From Microcoleus sp. (lineage in GTDB: Bacteria > Cyanobacteriota > Cyanobacteriia > Cyanobacteriales > Microcoleaceae): DNA of 64,000 bases. Numbering within the stretch: position 1 is the stretch's first letter; the number at the start of each line of letters is the position of its first letter. The translations under genes were made by a program, and so were the position numbers. Below the pieces are notes generated by a model, which did not search any database, was not told where the DNA came from, and saw nothing but the letters and a program-made list of their open reading frames with translations. The stretch spans positions 96,001 through 160,000 of the forward strand of contig JAYFMW010000007.1 of NCBI GenBank assembly GCA_042408215.1, in the 5' to 3' direction. This document shows positions 37,770 through 47,989 of this stretch, piece by piece.

Positions 37770-39209
37770 TTACCATTCCGATTCCAGTGGCATTTCAAAG
37801 AAACTCGGACTCAGCTCTAGATCGGTCAAATCCGTTTCGCTCAAATAAGCATCAGTCAAAAAAACTAGCTTAAAATTTGCCCCTTTCAGGTTGGCACCTT
37901 TAAGATTAGCACCTCTAAGATTAACTCGAAATAAATGAGCATCGCTCAAATCTACCTCAGTCAAATCCGCTCCTTCTAAATTGACCCTCATTAAATCTGC
38001 TTTTCTGAGGTCGGCTGCGTTTAACTTAGCACCGCTGAGGTCAGCTTTTGTTAAGTCTACACCTCTCAAGTCGGCTCCGCTTAAATTAGCTAACAACAAA
38101 GTAGCCCCGGTTAAATCAGTCCCTCTCAAATCGGCCTCGCTCAAATTAGCGCCGCTGAGGTCAGCCCTTGTTAAGTCTACACCCCGGAGGTCGGCAGAGC
38201 TCAAGTTTACTTGGTGTAAAATTGCGCCACTTAAATCCGCTCCTCTCAAATCTGTTCCCTCCAAGTTTGCACCTTTGAGGTAAGCTTTTTTTAAGCTGGC
38301 TCTGCTGAGGTCTACATTTTTTAAGTTGACCGAACTTAAGTTAGAACCGCTCAAATTAGCTCCGCTTAAATCCGATCCGTTCAAGTCGGCTCCGGTTAAG
38401 TTTACCCCTTGCAGCGATACATTGGGAGCAATTAAATAAGCTCCGGCTAGGCTGGGGTCAATGCCTTCTGAAAATAATGTTTTGTTGCTGTAAACAGCTT
38501 TTTCTAAGATGGTGCCGCTCAAACTGGCTTCCCTCAAATCCGTGCCGCTGAGGTTGGCTCCTGCTAGGTTGGCCCGATCGAGTTTTGCTCCAAATAGAAT
38601 GGCTTTACATAAGTTTGTCCGCCGTAGGTCAGCTCCTTTTAAATCGGCTCCTGTTAAATCTACCATCATCAGATTTAATCCTGGGAGCGACGCATTGGGA
38701 GCTAGTAAAATTGCTCCCATTGCAGCGGGGTCAATACGATCGGGAAAGACTGTTCGGTTGTTGTAAACAGCTTTGTCTAAAATGACCCCGGTCAACTGGG
38801 AACCCCGCAAATCTGCCCCGCTCAGGTTGGCTCTGGTTAAGTTGGCTTCAGCTAGATTTGCTCCCACTAAATTGGCCTTGATCAAACTTGCTTGTTTGAG
38901 GTTGGCTTCTGTGAGTTCTGCTCCTACGAGAGTAGCTTCTCTAAGCACTGCGCCGGTCAAATCGGCTCTGGTGAGGTTGGCTAAATTGAGAAATGACTCG
39001 GCTAAATCCGCTCCGCACAGATTGGCTCCGGTGAGGTCTGCTTCTATGAGGTCTGCATACCTGAGAATAGCGTCACTGAGGTTGGTTTCTCTGAGGTCGC
39101 TGCCTCTGAGGTTGGCTCCCCTGAGTTCCGCACCGCTGAGGTTGGCGCCTTTGAGGGCCTGTCCCCTGAGGTCGAGCCTGTGGAGAAAGTCACCAACGTT
39201 CATTTCCAT
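37770..39209 (-). CDS. Pentapeptide repeat protein (479 aa), unrelated subtype
   Basis: Long A(N/D)LxG array with two KAVYxNxTxFxxxIDP modules; lacks the EELLRRY cap of the locus PRPs. Confidence 0.92.
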   Translation of the reverse strand: MEMNVGDFLHRLDLRGQALKGANLSGAELRGANLRGSDLRETNLSDAILRYADLIEADLTGANLCGADLAESFLNLANLTRADLTGAVLREATLVGAELTEANLKQASLIKANLVGANLAEANLTRANLSGADLRGSQLTGVILDKAVYNNRTVFPDRIDPAAMGAILLAPNASLPGLNLMMVDLTGADLKGADLRRTNLCKAILFGAKLDRANLAGANLSGTDLREASLSGTILEKAVYSNKTLFSEGIDPSLAGAYLIAPNVSLQGVNLTGADLNGSDLSGANLSGSNLSSVNLKNVDLSRASLKKAYLKGANLEGTDLRGADLSGAILHQVNLSSADLRGVDLTRADLSGANLSEADLRGTDLTGATLLLANLSGADLRGVDLTKADLSGAKLNAADLRKADLMRVNLEGADLTEVDLSDAHLFRVNLRGANLKGANLKGANFKLVFLTDAYLSETDLTDLELSPSFFEMPLESEW

Positions 39210-39255
39210 GTGAATTCGCCCTCTATTCCTGAACCTAGCTTGACATTTCGATGGC

Positions 39256-41046
39256 TTAATCGGGAATAGGTGTAAAACTGTAGATTTTTTGAGGTTCGAG
39301 CCGATCGCAAATTCCGACTAATTCCGACCAAGGGAATGGATCGCGATCGAGCTGCACTTGCAGGATTTTGAGCGGATCGGCACCGGAGGAAACCATTAAT
39401 TCTAATTTTTGTAAATCCGGCCAGGTGCCGATTTCGCCGAGAATTTGGGCGATCGCCTTGACATAAGGATGGTTTGGTTCTTTGTACCAGTCGGGGGCTG
39501 CAAGTCCAGCTTGGTCGAAGCCGAGGTGAACGATTAAGGAGTTTTGTCCGAACAGAGCTATTCCCACCGGCCTCGCTTCTTCTTGCAGTAATAAATGTTG
39601 GCTTGCAGCCAAATGCCGCAGTTTTTCCAAGTGTTCGTACCGATTGGCAATTCGAGATTGCAGTCCCGGAATTAAAACCTCTTCTGCTTCTTCCTTCTTC
39701 CCTGTTTGTCCCCTGAGCGTATTCGAAGGGCCTTCTTCCTTCTTCCCTCTGGATTCTTCCTTCGTTTCGTCCCATTGAATCGCCACTGTTACTAAATAAG
39801 TTTGCAGCAGCATATGACCGAGTTTTGCAGCTTTTGTTGCCAGATAGATAGAGTTATCATCTGTGGCTTCAATTAATAAGGGGACGCGATCGACTACTTC
39901 AATTCCGTAACCTTTCAACCCGGCGATTTTGCGCGGGTTATTGGTAATTAATCGGATTTTTTGCACTCCCAAATCGTTGAGCATTTGCGCTCCGACGCCG
40001 TAGTTCCGCAAGTCGGCGGGAAAGCCCAAGCGCTCGTTTGCTTCTACGGTATCGAATCCGATATCTTGCAGGGAGTAAGCTTTGAGTTTATTAACCAGTC
40101 CAATTCCCCGACCTTCTTGGCGCAAGTAAACTATGATGCCAGAACCGACATTTTCGATCATTTTCAGTGCTGCTTGCAGTTGCATCCGACAGTCGCAGCG
40201 CAGGGAACCCAAAGCATCGCCCGTCAAGCATTCGGAATGCACCCGCACCATGACGGGTTTGTCTTTAAATTCTGCTGGATCGCCCTTGACAACGGCAACG
40301 TGTTCGGAGTTGTCTTGAGTGTCGCGGTAGGCGTAAATCATAAACTCGCCGAATTGAGTTGGCAATTTGGCGACGGTTTCGCGGCGGACAAATCGATCGT
40401 GCTTCAGTCGGTAGCTAATTAAATCAGCAATGCTGATGATTTTGAGGTTGTGAGTTTTAGCGTACTCGATTAATTGCGGCAACCTCGCCATTGAACCGTC
40501 GGGGTTTTGAATTTCGCAGATGACACCGCTGGGATACAGCCCCGCGAGTCTAGCGAGGTCAACTGACGCTTCGGTGTGGCCGGCGCGTTTGAGGACGCCG
40601 CCATCGATCGCCCGCAAGGGAAAAATGTGACCGGGGCGGCGCAAGTCTTGAGGTTTGGTGTCCGGGTGGATGGAAACTTGGATGGTGCGGGCCCGGTCTT
40701 CGGCGGAGATACCGGTGCTGACACCGTTGACAGCATCGATGCTGACGGTGAAGGCGGTTTGATTGTTGTCAGTATTTTTACTTACCATGAGGGGTAATTC
40801 GAGTCGATCGAGCCGATCGCCCGTCAAGGCCAGACAAATCAAACCCCGCGCGTTCACGGCCATAAAATTGATGTTGTCCGGCGTGGCGAATTGGGCGGCA
40901 CAAATGACGTCGCCTTCGTTTTCGCGGTTTTCGTCATCGACTACTACCAGGATGCGACCTGCTTTGAGGTCTGCGAGGGCGCTGTCGATCGAGTCAAATT
41001 GAAAGGATTGTGTTGAGGTGTTGTTATTGGGCACTGAGAAGTTCAA
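39256..41046 (-). CDS. ribBA: Bifunctional DHBP synthase / GTP cyclohydrolase II
   Basis: VVDDENRENEGD, RAGHTEA, RVHSECLTGDALGSLRCDC, RQEGRGIGL, TNNPRK. Confidence 0.96.
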   Translation of the reverse strand: MNFSVPNNNTSTQSFQFDSIDSALADLKAGRILVVVDDENRENEGDVICAAQFATPDNINFMAVNARGLICLALTGDRLDRLELPLMVSKNTDNNQTAFTVSIDAVNGVSTGISAEDRARTIQVSIHPDTKPQDLRRPGHIFPLRAIDGGVLKRAGHTEASVDLARLAGLYPSGVICEIQNPDGSMARLPQLIEYAKTHNLKIISIADLISYRLKHDRFVRRETVAKLPTQFGEFMIYAYRDTQDNSEHVAVVKGDPAEFKDKPVMVRVHSECLTGDALGSLRCDCRMQLQAALKMIENVGSGIIVYLRQEGRGIGLVNKLKAYSLQDIGFDTVEANERLGFPADLRNYGVGAQMLNDLGVQKIRLITNNPRKIAGLKGYGIEVVDRVPLLIEATDDNSIYLATKAAKLGHMLLQTYLVTVAIQWDETKEESRGKKEEGPSNTLRGQTGKKEEAEEVLIPGLQSRIANRYEHLEKLRHLAASQHLLLQEEARPVGIALFGQNSLIVHLGFDQAGLAAPDWYKEPNHPYVKAIAQILGEIGTWPDLQKLELMVSSGADPLKILQVQLDRDPFPWSELVGICDRLEPQKIYSFTPIPD

Positions 41047-41438
41047 GCTATAAACAGTATTGTTATGGAAATAGAATCTATTTTTAATTGTAACCTTTTG
41101 TTTCGGGCACGGACCTGCGATCGAGATCGGTTTGTCACTATTTCTGACCTTGCCTACTATAAATATTGCAATTTGTCAACCTAAAATTACCCGAATATTT
41201 AATGAGCTTAGCTGATATTACAAAGATTTTAGGCAAACTGTACAATCAAGATTCTAATTAAACAATCATAATCTTGATTGTTTGCAGACCATGTGCGATC
41301 GGGCCAAAGCAATTTTGAAATTAGGGCGGATTAGTGCGAGATTGCGACTAATCGAGTAGATGATTTTTTGAGTCAGGCTGACATTTAAAAGCTCCGCCCG
41401 GTGGGACAATATTAATATCCCCTCAAATTATCCCAACC

Positions 41439-42791
41439 ATGAATAAATGGCCGAAATTCCTCCCCCATCCTACATCATGGGCGAGGGGGTTTGCCTTAAG
41501 CATTAGTTTTTGGTTGATTGTTTCTGTACTGTCGCCCAATGCTTACTACTACTACTATGGATTTAGCAGGACCTATTGGTACATCATCAGGAACTCTGAC
41601 TTTGAAGCCATAATGACATTTGCTTGGTTATCCCAAATCTGGTTATTTGCTTTCTATCACTGGGGAGTAACTAAGGTTGCCGAGTGGGTGGAAATACGGA
41701 GGAACAATCAGCAACCACCTGAAATATCTGCGTGGCAACACGGTCGGGAAGGTATGATCGCATTTCTGACGCTACCTGCTGCGATTTTGATGGGAATTCC
41801 GGCGATCGCAATTTTTATGCTACCTGTCAGAAGCTCTTCGGGCGCGCTGATTGCTTTAATTCTAGGAACTGCGATCGCATCTAGTTACCTCTATTATTTC
41901 CGCTTTGGACAACTGCTTAAAAATATCCTTCAGCCTCTCTGGAATTTTGTTGTAAACCTTCTCAAAATATTTGAACTGTTGTTAGTTCCAGTAGTAACTG
42001 GGACTCCATTTTTTATGCTCACTATTGCGACGGCCCAAATCATACCGCAACAGTTATTACCACTAACAACCTTCTGCTTAGTTGTTTGCATATTTCTGAG
42101 CGGAATAGTCGGATATGCAGCCTTGCAATATTGGTCAGCGCATCTAGTTAATTGGGCCGCGACTTGGTGGCCGGCCCAATCTCCTGGTTACAGCCACCTC
42201 CAAGCTAGAAAAGCTTGGAAACACAACAAAACAGTAACTAAGCAATCTTTTATTCGACACTCAACCAGTTGGCATTTAGCAGCTAACGACGCTACCAACC
42301 TGATCTATTTAAACCTGATATCGCTCATGCTCGGTTTTTTCGGTTATTTGCTGTTTGGAGATTCATCGAAGTGGACACAAATAGAAGAAGAGATTTTAGG
42401 ATTGGTGGCGGTGCTAGCTTGGATTGCGCCGTGGTATTTCTGGGGGTGGCCTCGCGAAGTAGAAATTGCCATCGGTAAGCGGGAGGCTAAGAAAACGCGA
42501 TCGCCCAATTCTAACTCACCGGCTCCAAACCCCATAGAACAAGAGCTAAATCAACTCAAAGCCGCAAGTGGAATGACTCGGATGAGGCCTGTGAGGCGAT
42601 CGACCCAGCCAACTCCTGAAGTGCCGGAATGGTATGTGTTTCGCAGCGGTGAAGCCAAGGGGCCTTACACTAAATTACAATTGTGGGAGATTCAGGAAAT
42701 CACAGCCCGAACGAAAGTGCGGCGCGGGGAAGCCGAGTGGCTGCGCGCGGGTGAAATTCCAGAATTGGCGGCGTACCTCACTCAAAAATAA
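41439..42791 (+). CDS. Multi-pass membrane protein with C-terminal GYF_2 (DUF4339)-like domain
   Basis: Many hydrophobic helices; EWYV..G...GPYT..QL......I...T.V...EW.RAGEIPEL. Confidence 0.7.
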   Translation: MNKWPKFLPHPTSWARGFALSISFWLIVSVLSPNAYYYYYGFSRTYWYIIRNSDFEAIMTFAWLSQIWLFAFYHWGVTKVAEWVEIRRNNQQPPEISAWQHGREGMIAFLTLPAAILMGIPAIAIFMLPVRSSSGALIALILGTAIASSYLYYFRFGQLLKNILQPLWNFVVNLLKIFELLLVPVVTGTPFFMLTIATAQIIPQQLLPLTTFCLVVCIFLSGIVGYAALQYWSAHLVNWAATWWPAQSPGYSHLQARKAWKHNKTVTKQSFIRHSTSWHLAANDATNLIYLNLISLMLGFFGYLLFGDSSKWTQIEEEILGLVAVLAWIAPWYFWGWPREVEIAIGKREAKKTRSPNSNSPAPNPIEQELNQLKAASGMTRMRPVRRSTQPTPEVPEWYVFRSGEAKGPYTKLQLWEIQEITARTKVRRGEAEWLRAGEIPELAAYLTQK

Positions 42792-42793
42792 AA

Positions 42794-42818
42794 AAAACCC
42801 TCAACTTGTGAGGGTTTT
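42794..42818. terminator. Bidirectional intrinsic terminator
   Basis: aaaaccctca-acttg-tgagggtttt between the convergent CDS and tRNA. Confidence 0.75.
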
Positions 42819-42822
42819 GCGA

Positions 42823-42895
42823 TGCCAGGAACGAGACTTGAACTCGTGACACATGGATTTTCAGTCCATTGCTCTACCAACTGAGCTATCCCGGC
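42823..42895 (-). tRNA. trnF: tRNA-Phe (GAA)
   Basis: GCCGGGATAGCTCAGTTGGTAGAGCAATGGACTGAAAATCCATGTGTCACGAGTTCAAGTCTCGTTCCTGGCA cloverleaf; CCA not encoded. Confidence 0.96.
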
Positions 42896-43029
42896 TTGTT
42901 TTTTCACGCTTAACTACCTTAGCAGACAAGTATGGATTTTAGCAAGTGGTTTTGCAAATTAATTTTTCGATCGCGCGATCGCCCCCCGCCTGTAAGCTAA
43001 AAGCTGCACGCCTAAAACCCAAAATCGCA

Positions 43030-45801
43030 ATGGCACACCAACATCGAGGTAATGGGGACAAGAGTCTGCTTGTCCTCGGCACAATTTGGCTGCTGGGGGC
43101 AATTAGCGATCGCCTCTGGTTTGCGTTCGATCGATCCGTACCCGCCTGGGATCAAGCAGAATACCTGACTGGAACCCTGAATTACTGGCAGGTGCTCCAA
43201 CATCCGCAGTGGTTATCCGGGGAATGGTGGACAAACTTCTGGCTGCTTTCGACTAAAATTCCGCCCTTAATTTTTATTGCTACAGTGCCGTTTTTGCGTG
43301 TATTTGGCACCGCGCCCGATCGGGCTACCCTAGTTCATTTATTATTTAGTGCGATTCTCCTCGCTTCAGTTTACAGTCTGAGCGTCCAATTATTTAATCG
43401 GCAAGTCGGTTTGTGGGCCGCTGCAATTTGTGTAGTTTTGCCGGGACTTTATCGGTTCCGCTTGCAATTTTTACTCGACTATCCCCTGACTGCTGCGATT
43501 ACTTTGACTTTCTTTTGTCTGACAATGTGGAATCAGGAATCAGGAAGGCACGACACTGATGTTGACACGGATACACGGATTAATTATCCACAAGGGAGAG
43601 AAATAAGGAAGAAGGAAGAGGGAAGGTGTGACACGGATTTTGACGCGGATACAGGGATGAATTATCGAAAAGAGGGAGAAATTATTTCTCTTTCTCTATC
43701 GTCTTACTTTTGGGCGATCGCCTTTGGCATCTCTCTCGGTTTATCAATCCTAGTCAAACACACTACCGTATTATTTCTATTTACCCCAATTGTCTGGTTG
43801 GCTGTCGGTACTTTTCGACAAAAAGCTTGGGGAAGATTAGCTCAATTAGCAGGTGCTTTGTTGCTGTCGGTGGCGGTATTTGGCCCTTGGGCAAAAACGA
43901 ATTGGCTGTTAATTTTGACAGGGGGAAAACGGGCAACTTTCGATTCTGCGATCGCCGAAGGAGATCCCGCCCTCAATACAATCAATGCTTGGATTTACTA
44001 CGCTCAGCACTTACCAGAACAGGTTTCTTGGCCGCTGTTACTCATTCCCTTAGTAGGATTGTTACTTTATTATTGGCGCAATCGGCAAGATAGTTTATCA
44101 AAATTGCATTTCAAATCCTGTCGGTGGCTGGCCGTTTTTTGGGTTGGAGCTTATCTAATTAATTCGCTGAATCTTAATAAAGATGACCGATATGTTGTGC
44201 CTTATTTGCCAGTAGTAGCAATTTTTTTGGCATACTGTTTGACGCTGTGGCCCCGCCAGTGGGGACAACAAATTCGCTGGGGTACAATGGGCTTAGCAAT
44301 TGCCGCGATGCTGTTCCATATGTGGCCGCTGGGAGGTGCTTTGGGAGATAATTTAGTCCAAATTGTTAGTCCCGGTAATTCTAGTTATCCTTACTTGGGG
44401 AAAGAGTGGCCGCACCGAGAAGTAATTGCAGAAATTATTGATACAGAACCTTATTTGCAATCTACTTTAGGCGTGTTACCTTCGACACCGGAAATTAATC
44501 AGCATAATTTGAATTATTATGGTGCTTTGGCGAATTTTCAGGTTTACGGGCGACAGGTGGGGACAAGTTTAAAAGAAGTGCCGCAAGATGTGCGATCGCT
44601 CTCTTGGTTTGTCACAAAAACAGGGCCCCAAGGTTCGATTCGCGAAGGGATTAAAAAGGCTCAAAATGCAGCGGTGGCGGCTATCGAAAAAGGCGACAAA
44701 TTTCAGTTGCAAAAAAGTTGGATTTTGCCCGATAATACTAATTTGAATCTTTATCGGAAGCGCTGGCGGGCTGTGGAAATCCAGCCTTTGAATGAAGTGC
44801 GATCGCAAGTACAATTAGAGCAAGTTACTTTGCCGGCAAAAGCTGTTCCTGGAGTTCCGATTCCGGTAACATATATTTGGTCTGGGCCTTGGCAGCAGTT
44901 GCAGTCGGGTTTGGTTTTGCTGACGTGGAAAAATCGCCTAGGTAGCGATCTTCAAACGGGCCAGACTTATCGGATTTTACACGATCGCGCGATCGCCCAG
45001 GCAACTTTGCATCCGGGGATTCTGGAAGCTGATAAATTTGCAGTCGGGTTTCGAGTAGTCGATCGCACGGCGATGCTTCCTCCTGCTAATATTGCACCGG
45101 GAAGTTACAATCTGGAAGCTACTTATCTGAATCGGAAAACCGGCGAAACCTATCCGATAAATGTGGCGGCAGTTAGTGTTAAAATCGAGTCAGAGCCTCT
45201 GAATCTGCGTTCCCAGACCCTGCCGGGGAACGAAAATGATAAAAAGTTTAAAATTAAGGCAAAGCCTCTAGATCTACCTTCCAAGGCTCTTCCTGGGAAC
45301 GAGGATAATGCTAATATCCCTGAGTTAGATTTGGTGACTCAGTTGCGGGTGATGGCTGCTAATTTACCGAAAGGATTGCCCGGTTTAGAACCAGTGTTCG
45401 AGCAGATTGGACGCATCAATCAGTACGATCCAATTCAAGATTATACCATACAAGCGGAACAAGCATTTGAATATCGGTTGAAGCAAGAACCAAACAATCT
45501 AGAATTAGCCTATGGGTTAGCATTTTCTAGGGCATTGCAACAAAATGTAAAAGGTGCGATCGCAGCTTTAGAAAAAGTCACTCAACTCGACTCAAAAAAC
45601 CCCTACGCCTATGCTTATCTAGCTTTTGTTAACCTTTATGGTTGGCATCCCAAAGCCGCTGAAACAGCCTTAAAACCTGCTCTCGCTCTCAACCCCAATC
45701 TACCAGAAATTAGAGTCTTAAATGGTGTAGCTGGACTCTTGCAAGGCAATCTCATCCAAGCATGGCAAGATTTACAATACTTGAAAAAACTCAAAATTTA
45801 A
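43030..45801 (+). CDS. GT39/PMT-like (phospholipid carrier-dependent) glycosyltransferase with C-terminal TPR
   Basis: PAWDQAEYL, KIPPL, FLLDYPL, NKDDRY and many TM helices; ATG 43030 preferred over GTG 42946. Confidence 0.82.
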   Translation: MAHQHRGNGDKSLLVLGTIWLLGAISDRLWFAFDRSVPAWDQAEYLTGTLNYWQVLQHPQWLSGEWWTNFWLLSTKIPPLIFIATVPFLRVFGTAPDRATLVHLLFSAILLASVYSLSVQLFNRQVGLWAAAICVVLPGLYRFRLQFLLDYPLTAAITLTFFCLTMWNQESGRHDTDVDTDTRINYPQGREIRKKEEGRCDTDFDADTGMNYRKEGEIISLSLSSYFWAIAFGISLGLSILVKHTTVLFLFTPIVWLAVGTFRQKAWGRLAQLAGALLLSVAVFGPWAKTNWLLILTGGKRATFDSAIAEGDPALNTINAWIYYAQHLPEQVSWPLLLIPLVGLLLYYWRNRQDSLSKLHFKSCRWLAVFWVGAYLINSLNLNKDDRYVVPYLPVVAIFLAYCLTLWPRQWGQQIRWGTMGLAIAAMLFHMWPLGGALGDNLVQIVSPGNSSYPYLGKEWPHREVIAEIIDTEPYLQSTLGVLPSTPEINQHNLNYYGALANFQVYGRQVGTSLKEVPQDVRSLSWFVTKTGPQGSIREGIKKAQNAAVAAIEKGDKFQLQKSWILPDNTNLNLYRKRWRAVEIQPLNEVRSQVQLEQVTLPAKAVPGVPIPVTYIWSGPWQQLQSGLVLLTWKNRLGSDLQTGQTYRILHDRAIAQATLHPGILEADKFAVGFRVVDRTAMLPPANIAPGSYNLEATYLNRKTGETYPINVAAVSVKIESEPLNLRSQTLPGNENDKKFKIKAKPLDLPSKALPGNEDNANIPELDLVTQLRVMAANLPKGLPGLEPVFEQIGRINQYDPIQDYTIQAEQAFEYRLKQEPNNLELAYGLAFSRALQQNVKGAIAALEKVTQLDSKNPYAYAYLAFVNLYGWHPKAAETALKPALALNPNLPEIRVLNGVAGLLQGNLIQAWQDLQYLKKLKI

Positions 45802-45900
45802 CAATCCCTTTTATTGTGGCACGGGCGTCCCGCCTGTGCTTCATGTCAATTCTGGTTGCATCGGAATTAATATAACCCGAAATCAGGACACAACATTGTT

Positions 45901-46098
45901 CATTGGTGTCAACTTAAGCTTGAAAGCCTTGATAAATCTCGTTTTTACCTAAGTCGAGATCCCCCTAAATCCCCCTGATTGTTGGGGGACTTGGAGAAGA
46001 ATCTTGTCCCCCCCGACTATCCGGGGGCTAGGGGGGAGCGAAATCTAAGAGTCAAACAGTAGACTGGTACTACGTTTTACGTTAAGTTGACACTAATG
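45901..46098. mobile_element. 198-bp MITE with 17-bp TIR and about 9-bp TSD, inserted in a REP-like palindrome
   Basis: cattggtgtcaacttaa / ttaagttgacactaatg; flanks aacattgtt / aacaatgtt. Confidence 0.8.
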
Positions 46099-46155
46099 AA
46101 CAATGTTGTGTCCCTACGAAATATCTGTTGTGTACCATTTTGTACCATAAAAATA

Positions 46156-46364
46156 AGGACACAACAATGTTGTGTCCCTACAGGAGATCTGTATTTCACC
46201 TGATATCAGATTAGATCTGTAGGGAAACGGCACTGTCGTGTCCGGGGCTTCGCGTTCATTGCCAGAAAAATCAGGACACAACAATGTTGTGTCCCTACAG
46301 GAGATCTGTATTTCACCTGATATCAGATTAGATCTGTAGGGAAACGGCACTGTCGTGTCCGGGG
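46156..46364. repeat. Two 92-bp direct repeats (period 117) of REP-like palindromes
   Basis: aggacacaacaatgttgtgtccctac...gtagggaaacggcactgtcgtgtccgggg twice. Confidence 0.85.
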
Positions 46365-46376
46365 TTTCTGCTATTC

Positions 46377-46985
46377 CTACTTGGCATCCGCCGGAATCAA
46401 AACCTTATCAATTACGTGAATCACGCCGTTGCTAGCTTTGATATCAGCTTTCACAACATTAGCACCCTCTACTGTCACCTTGCCACCGCTAACTACTACC
46501 TTCAGCGGGGTTTTTTCCACAGTTGGAACATCACCAGATTTCAGGCTAGTAGAGAGAACTGAACCAGACACAACGTGGTAAGTCAAAATCTTAACAAGTT
46601 TGGCTTTGTTTGCGGGTTTCAGCAAATCATCCAAAGTGCCTTTTGGTAAAGCTGCGAATGCGGCATCTGTCGGCGCGAAAACAGTGAAGGGGCCTTTTCC
46701 TTGTAAAGTTGGAACTAATCCTGCGACTGTCAAAGCCTTCGTCAGTGTCTTGAATTGAGCGTCGCCAGATGCAATAGCAACAATATCCTTAGCAGCGGCC
46801 ATTGGTGCCGGTGAAGCAGCGGTTTTCACATTTCCTGCAACTTGTTGAGTTTGAGTTGCACTAGCAACAGTGGTGTTGGAATTGATGTGAGCCCAAGCTG
46901 GGAAACCGATTAGGGCACTTGCGCCGATTACTCCTGCGAAACCTGTCAGTTGTTTCATCCAGCTAGGTAAATTTTGATTTTTCAT
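46377..46985 (-). CDS. Fasciclin (FAS1) domain protein with signal peptide
   Basis: [29 protein letters not shown]. Confidence 0.93.
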   Translation of the reverse strand: MKNQNLPSWMKQLTGFAGVIGASALIGFPAWAHINSNTTVASATQTQQVAGNVKTAASPAPMAAAKDIVAIASGDAQFKTLTKALTVAGLVPTLQGKGPFTVFAPTDAAFAALPKGTLDDLLKPANKAKLVKILTYHVVSGSVLSTSLKSGDVPTVEKTPLKVVVSGGKVTVEGANVVKADIKASNGVIHVIDKVLIPADAK

Positions 46986-47135
46986 TACGCTTGTATTTCC
47001 TTATGACAATAAAACAATGGACTTGAATGCTGATGTTAGGGAAGTCTCAACAAAAAAATGTAAAGGGTAAATCCTTTTGTATTCTCTATCGACCTAAAAC
47101 TCTCTTACTATAGCGCAAGCTGGCGGATAACAAGC

Positions 47136-47918
47136 TCAACCTCTAAATTTGTAACTCAAAATCTCAATCACCGAACCGCTTTGTGGCAAATCGGTCGATC
47201 GCACCAAAAGTGTATCATTATTCAATCGACGCACCGGCGTGCCATCCATCAGCGCCAGAAATTCATCTAGTGTTACCAAATCGCAAGCAGCAGCATCAGC
47301 GGCTTGGGTTTTGAAATGTGTGGGAATCACCATCTTTGGTTTGAGAAGTTGCAAAGTTTGCTTCGCTTCCGCAGGAGTATAAGCTTTCGGGCCACCACCC
47401 ACGGGAATCAACACCACATCCGGGCGTCCGATTAAGATTTGTTCTTCAATGCCGATCGGGCCTGCAACTCCACCCAGATGTAAAATCTTAACACCAGCTT
47501 GCTGCCACAGCCAAGCCACATTGACCCCAAATCGCCGTCCTCCCTCACGGTCTTTTTGCGTCCGAATTCCTTGGAGCCGCAGCCCATTTGACTGATAAGA
47601 CCCCGGTTCGTACAAAAGACCCGGATTGCCCAAAAATCCATCTATCGCCCCTTCATCGAGCAACCGGCTGCTAATCAGAATCAAATCAGTAGCGACTTTA
47701 GGAGCTCTATAGCCCGCCGTACAGCCGATCGGGCGAAAAGGATTCACCAGCACCCTCGCACCGCCTCCTGTAAACAAAAAGCAAGTGTGCCCCAACCACT
47801 GAACCGACAAAGAATCAGCAGTTTGAGCAAGATAGCTTTCCCATCCAGATGACAAACCAGTTGCTAAAGCTGCCAATAAACTTGTCTGTGCGTAACGCAT
47901 TAATTGTCGCCGTTTCAT
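47136..47918 (-). CDS. MBL-fold metallo-hydrolase with Tat-like signal
   Basis: MKRRQL leader; WLGHTCFL, ILHLG, IPVGG, IPTHF. Confidence 0.85.
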   Translation of the reverse strand: MKRRQLMRYAQTSLLAALATGLSSGWESYLAQTADSLSVQWLGHTCFLFTGGGARVLVNPFRPIGCTAGYRAPKVATDLILISSRLLDEGAIDGFLGNPGLLYEPGSYQSNGLRLQGIRTQKDREGGRRFGVNVAWLWQQAGVKILHLGGVAGPIGIEEQILIGRPDVVLIPVGGGPKAYTPAEAKQTLQLLKPKMVIPTHFKTQAADAAACDLVTLDEFLALMDGTPVRRLNNDTLLVRSTDLPQSGSVIEILSYKFRG

Positions 47919-47989
47919 CTTGAGGTTCTGTTATCGGGTGTTAGTCGTATGTTGTTATAGCATAAATTCATCAAAAAACAATATTAAAC

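Noticed and set aside
37770..39209. 479-aa PRP as part of the toxin locus
   Set aside because: It lies outside the flanking repeats, is co-oriented with ribBA, and lacks the EELLRRY and TIMPDG caps.
39200..39775. 191-aa alternative-frame ORF inside ribBA
   Set aside because: Overlaps a clear core gene on the same strand; no recognisable motifs.
42823..42895. tRNA-Phe as an island integration site
   Set aside because: I found no duplicated tRNA 3' end and no integrase in the window.
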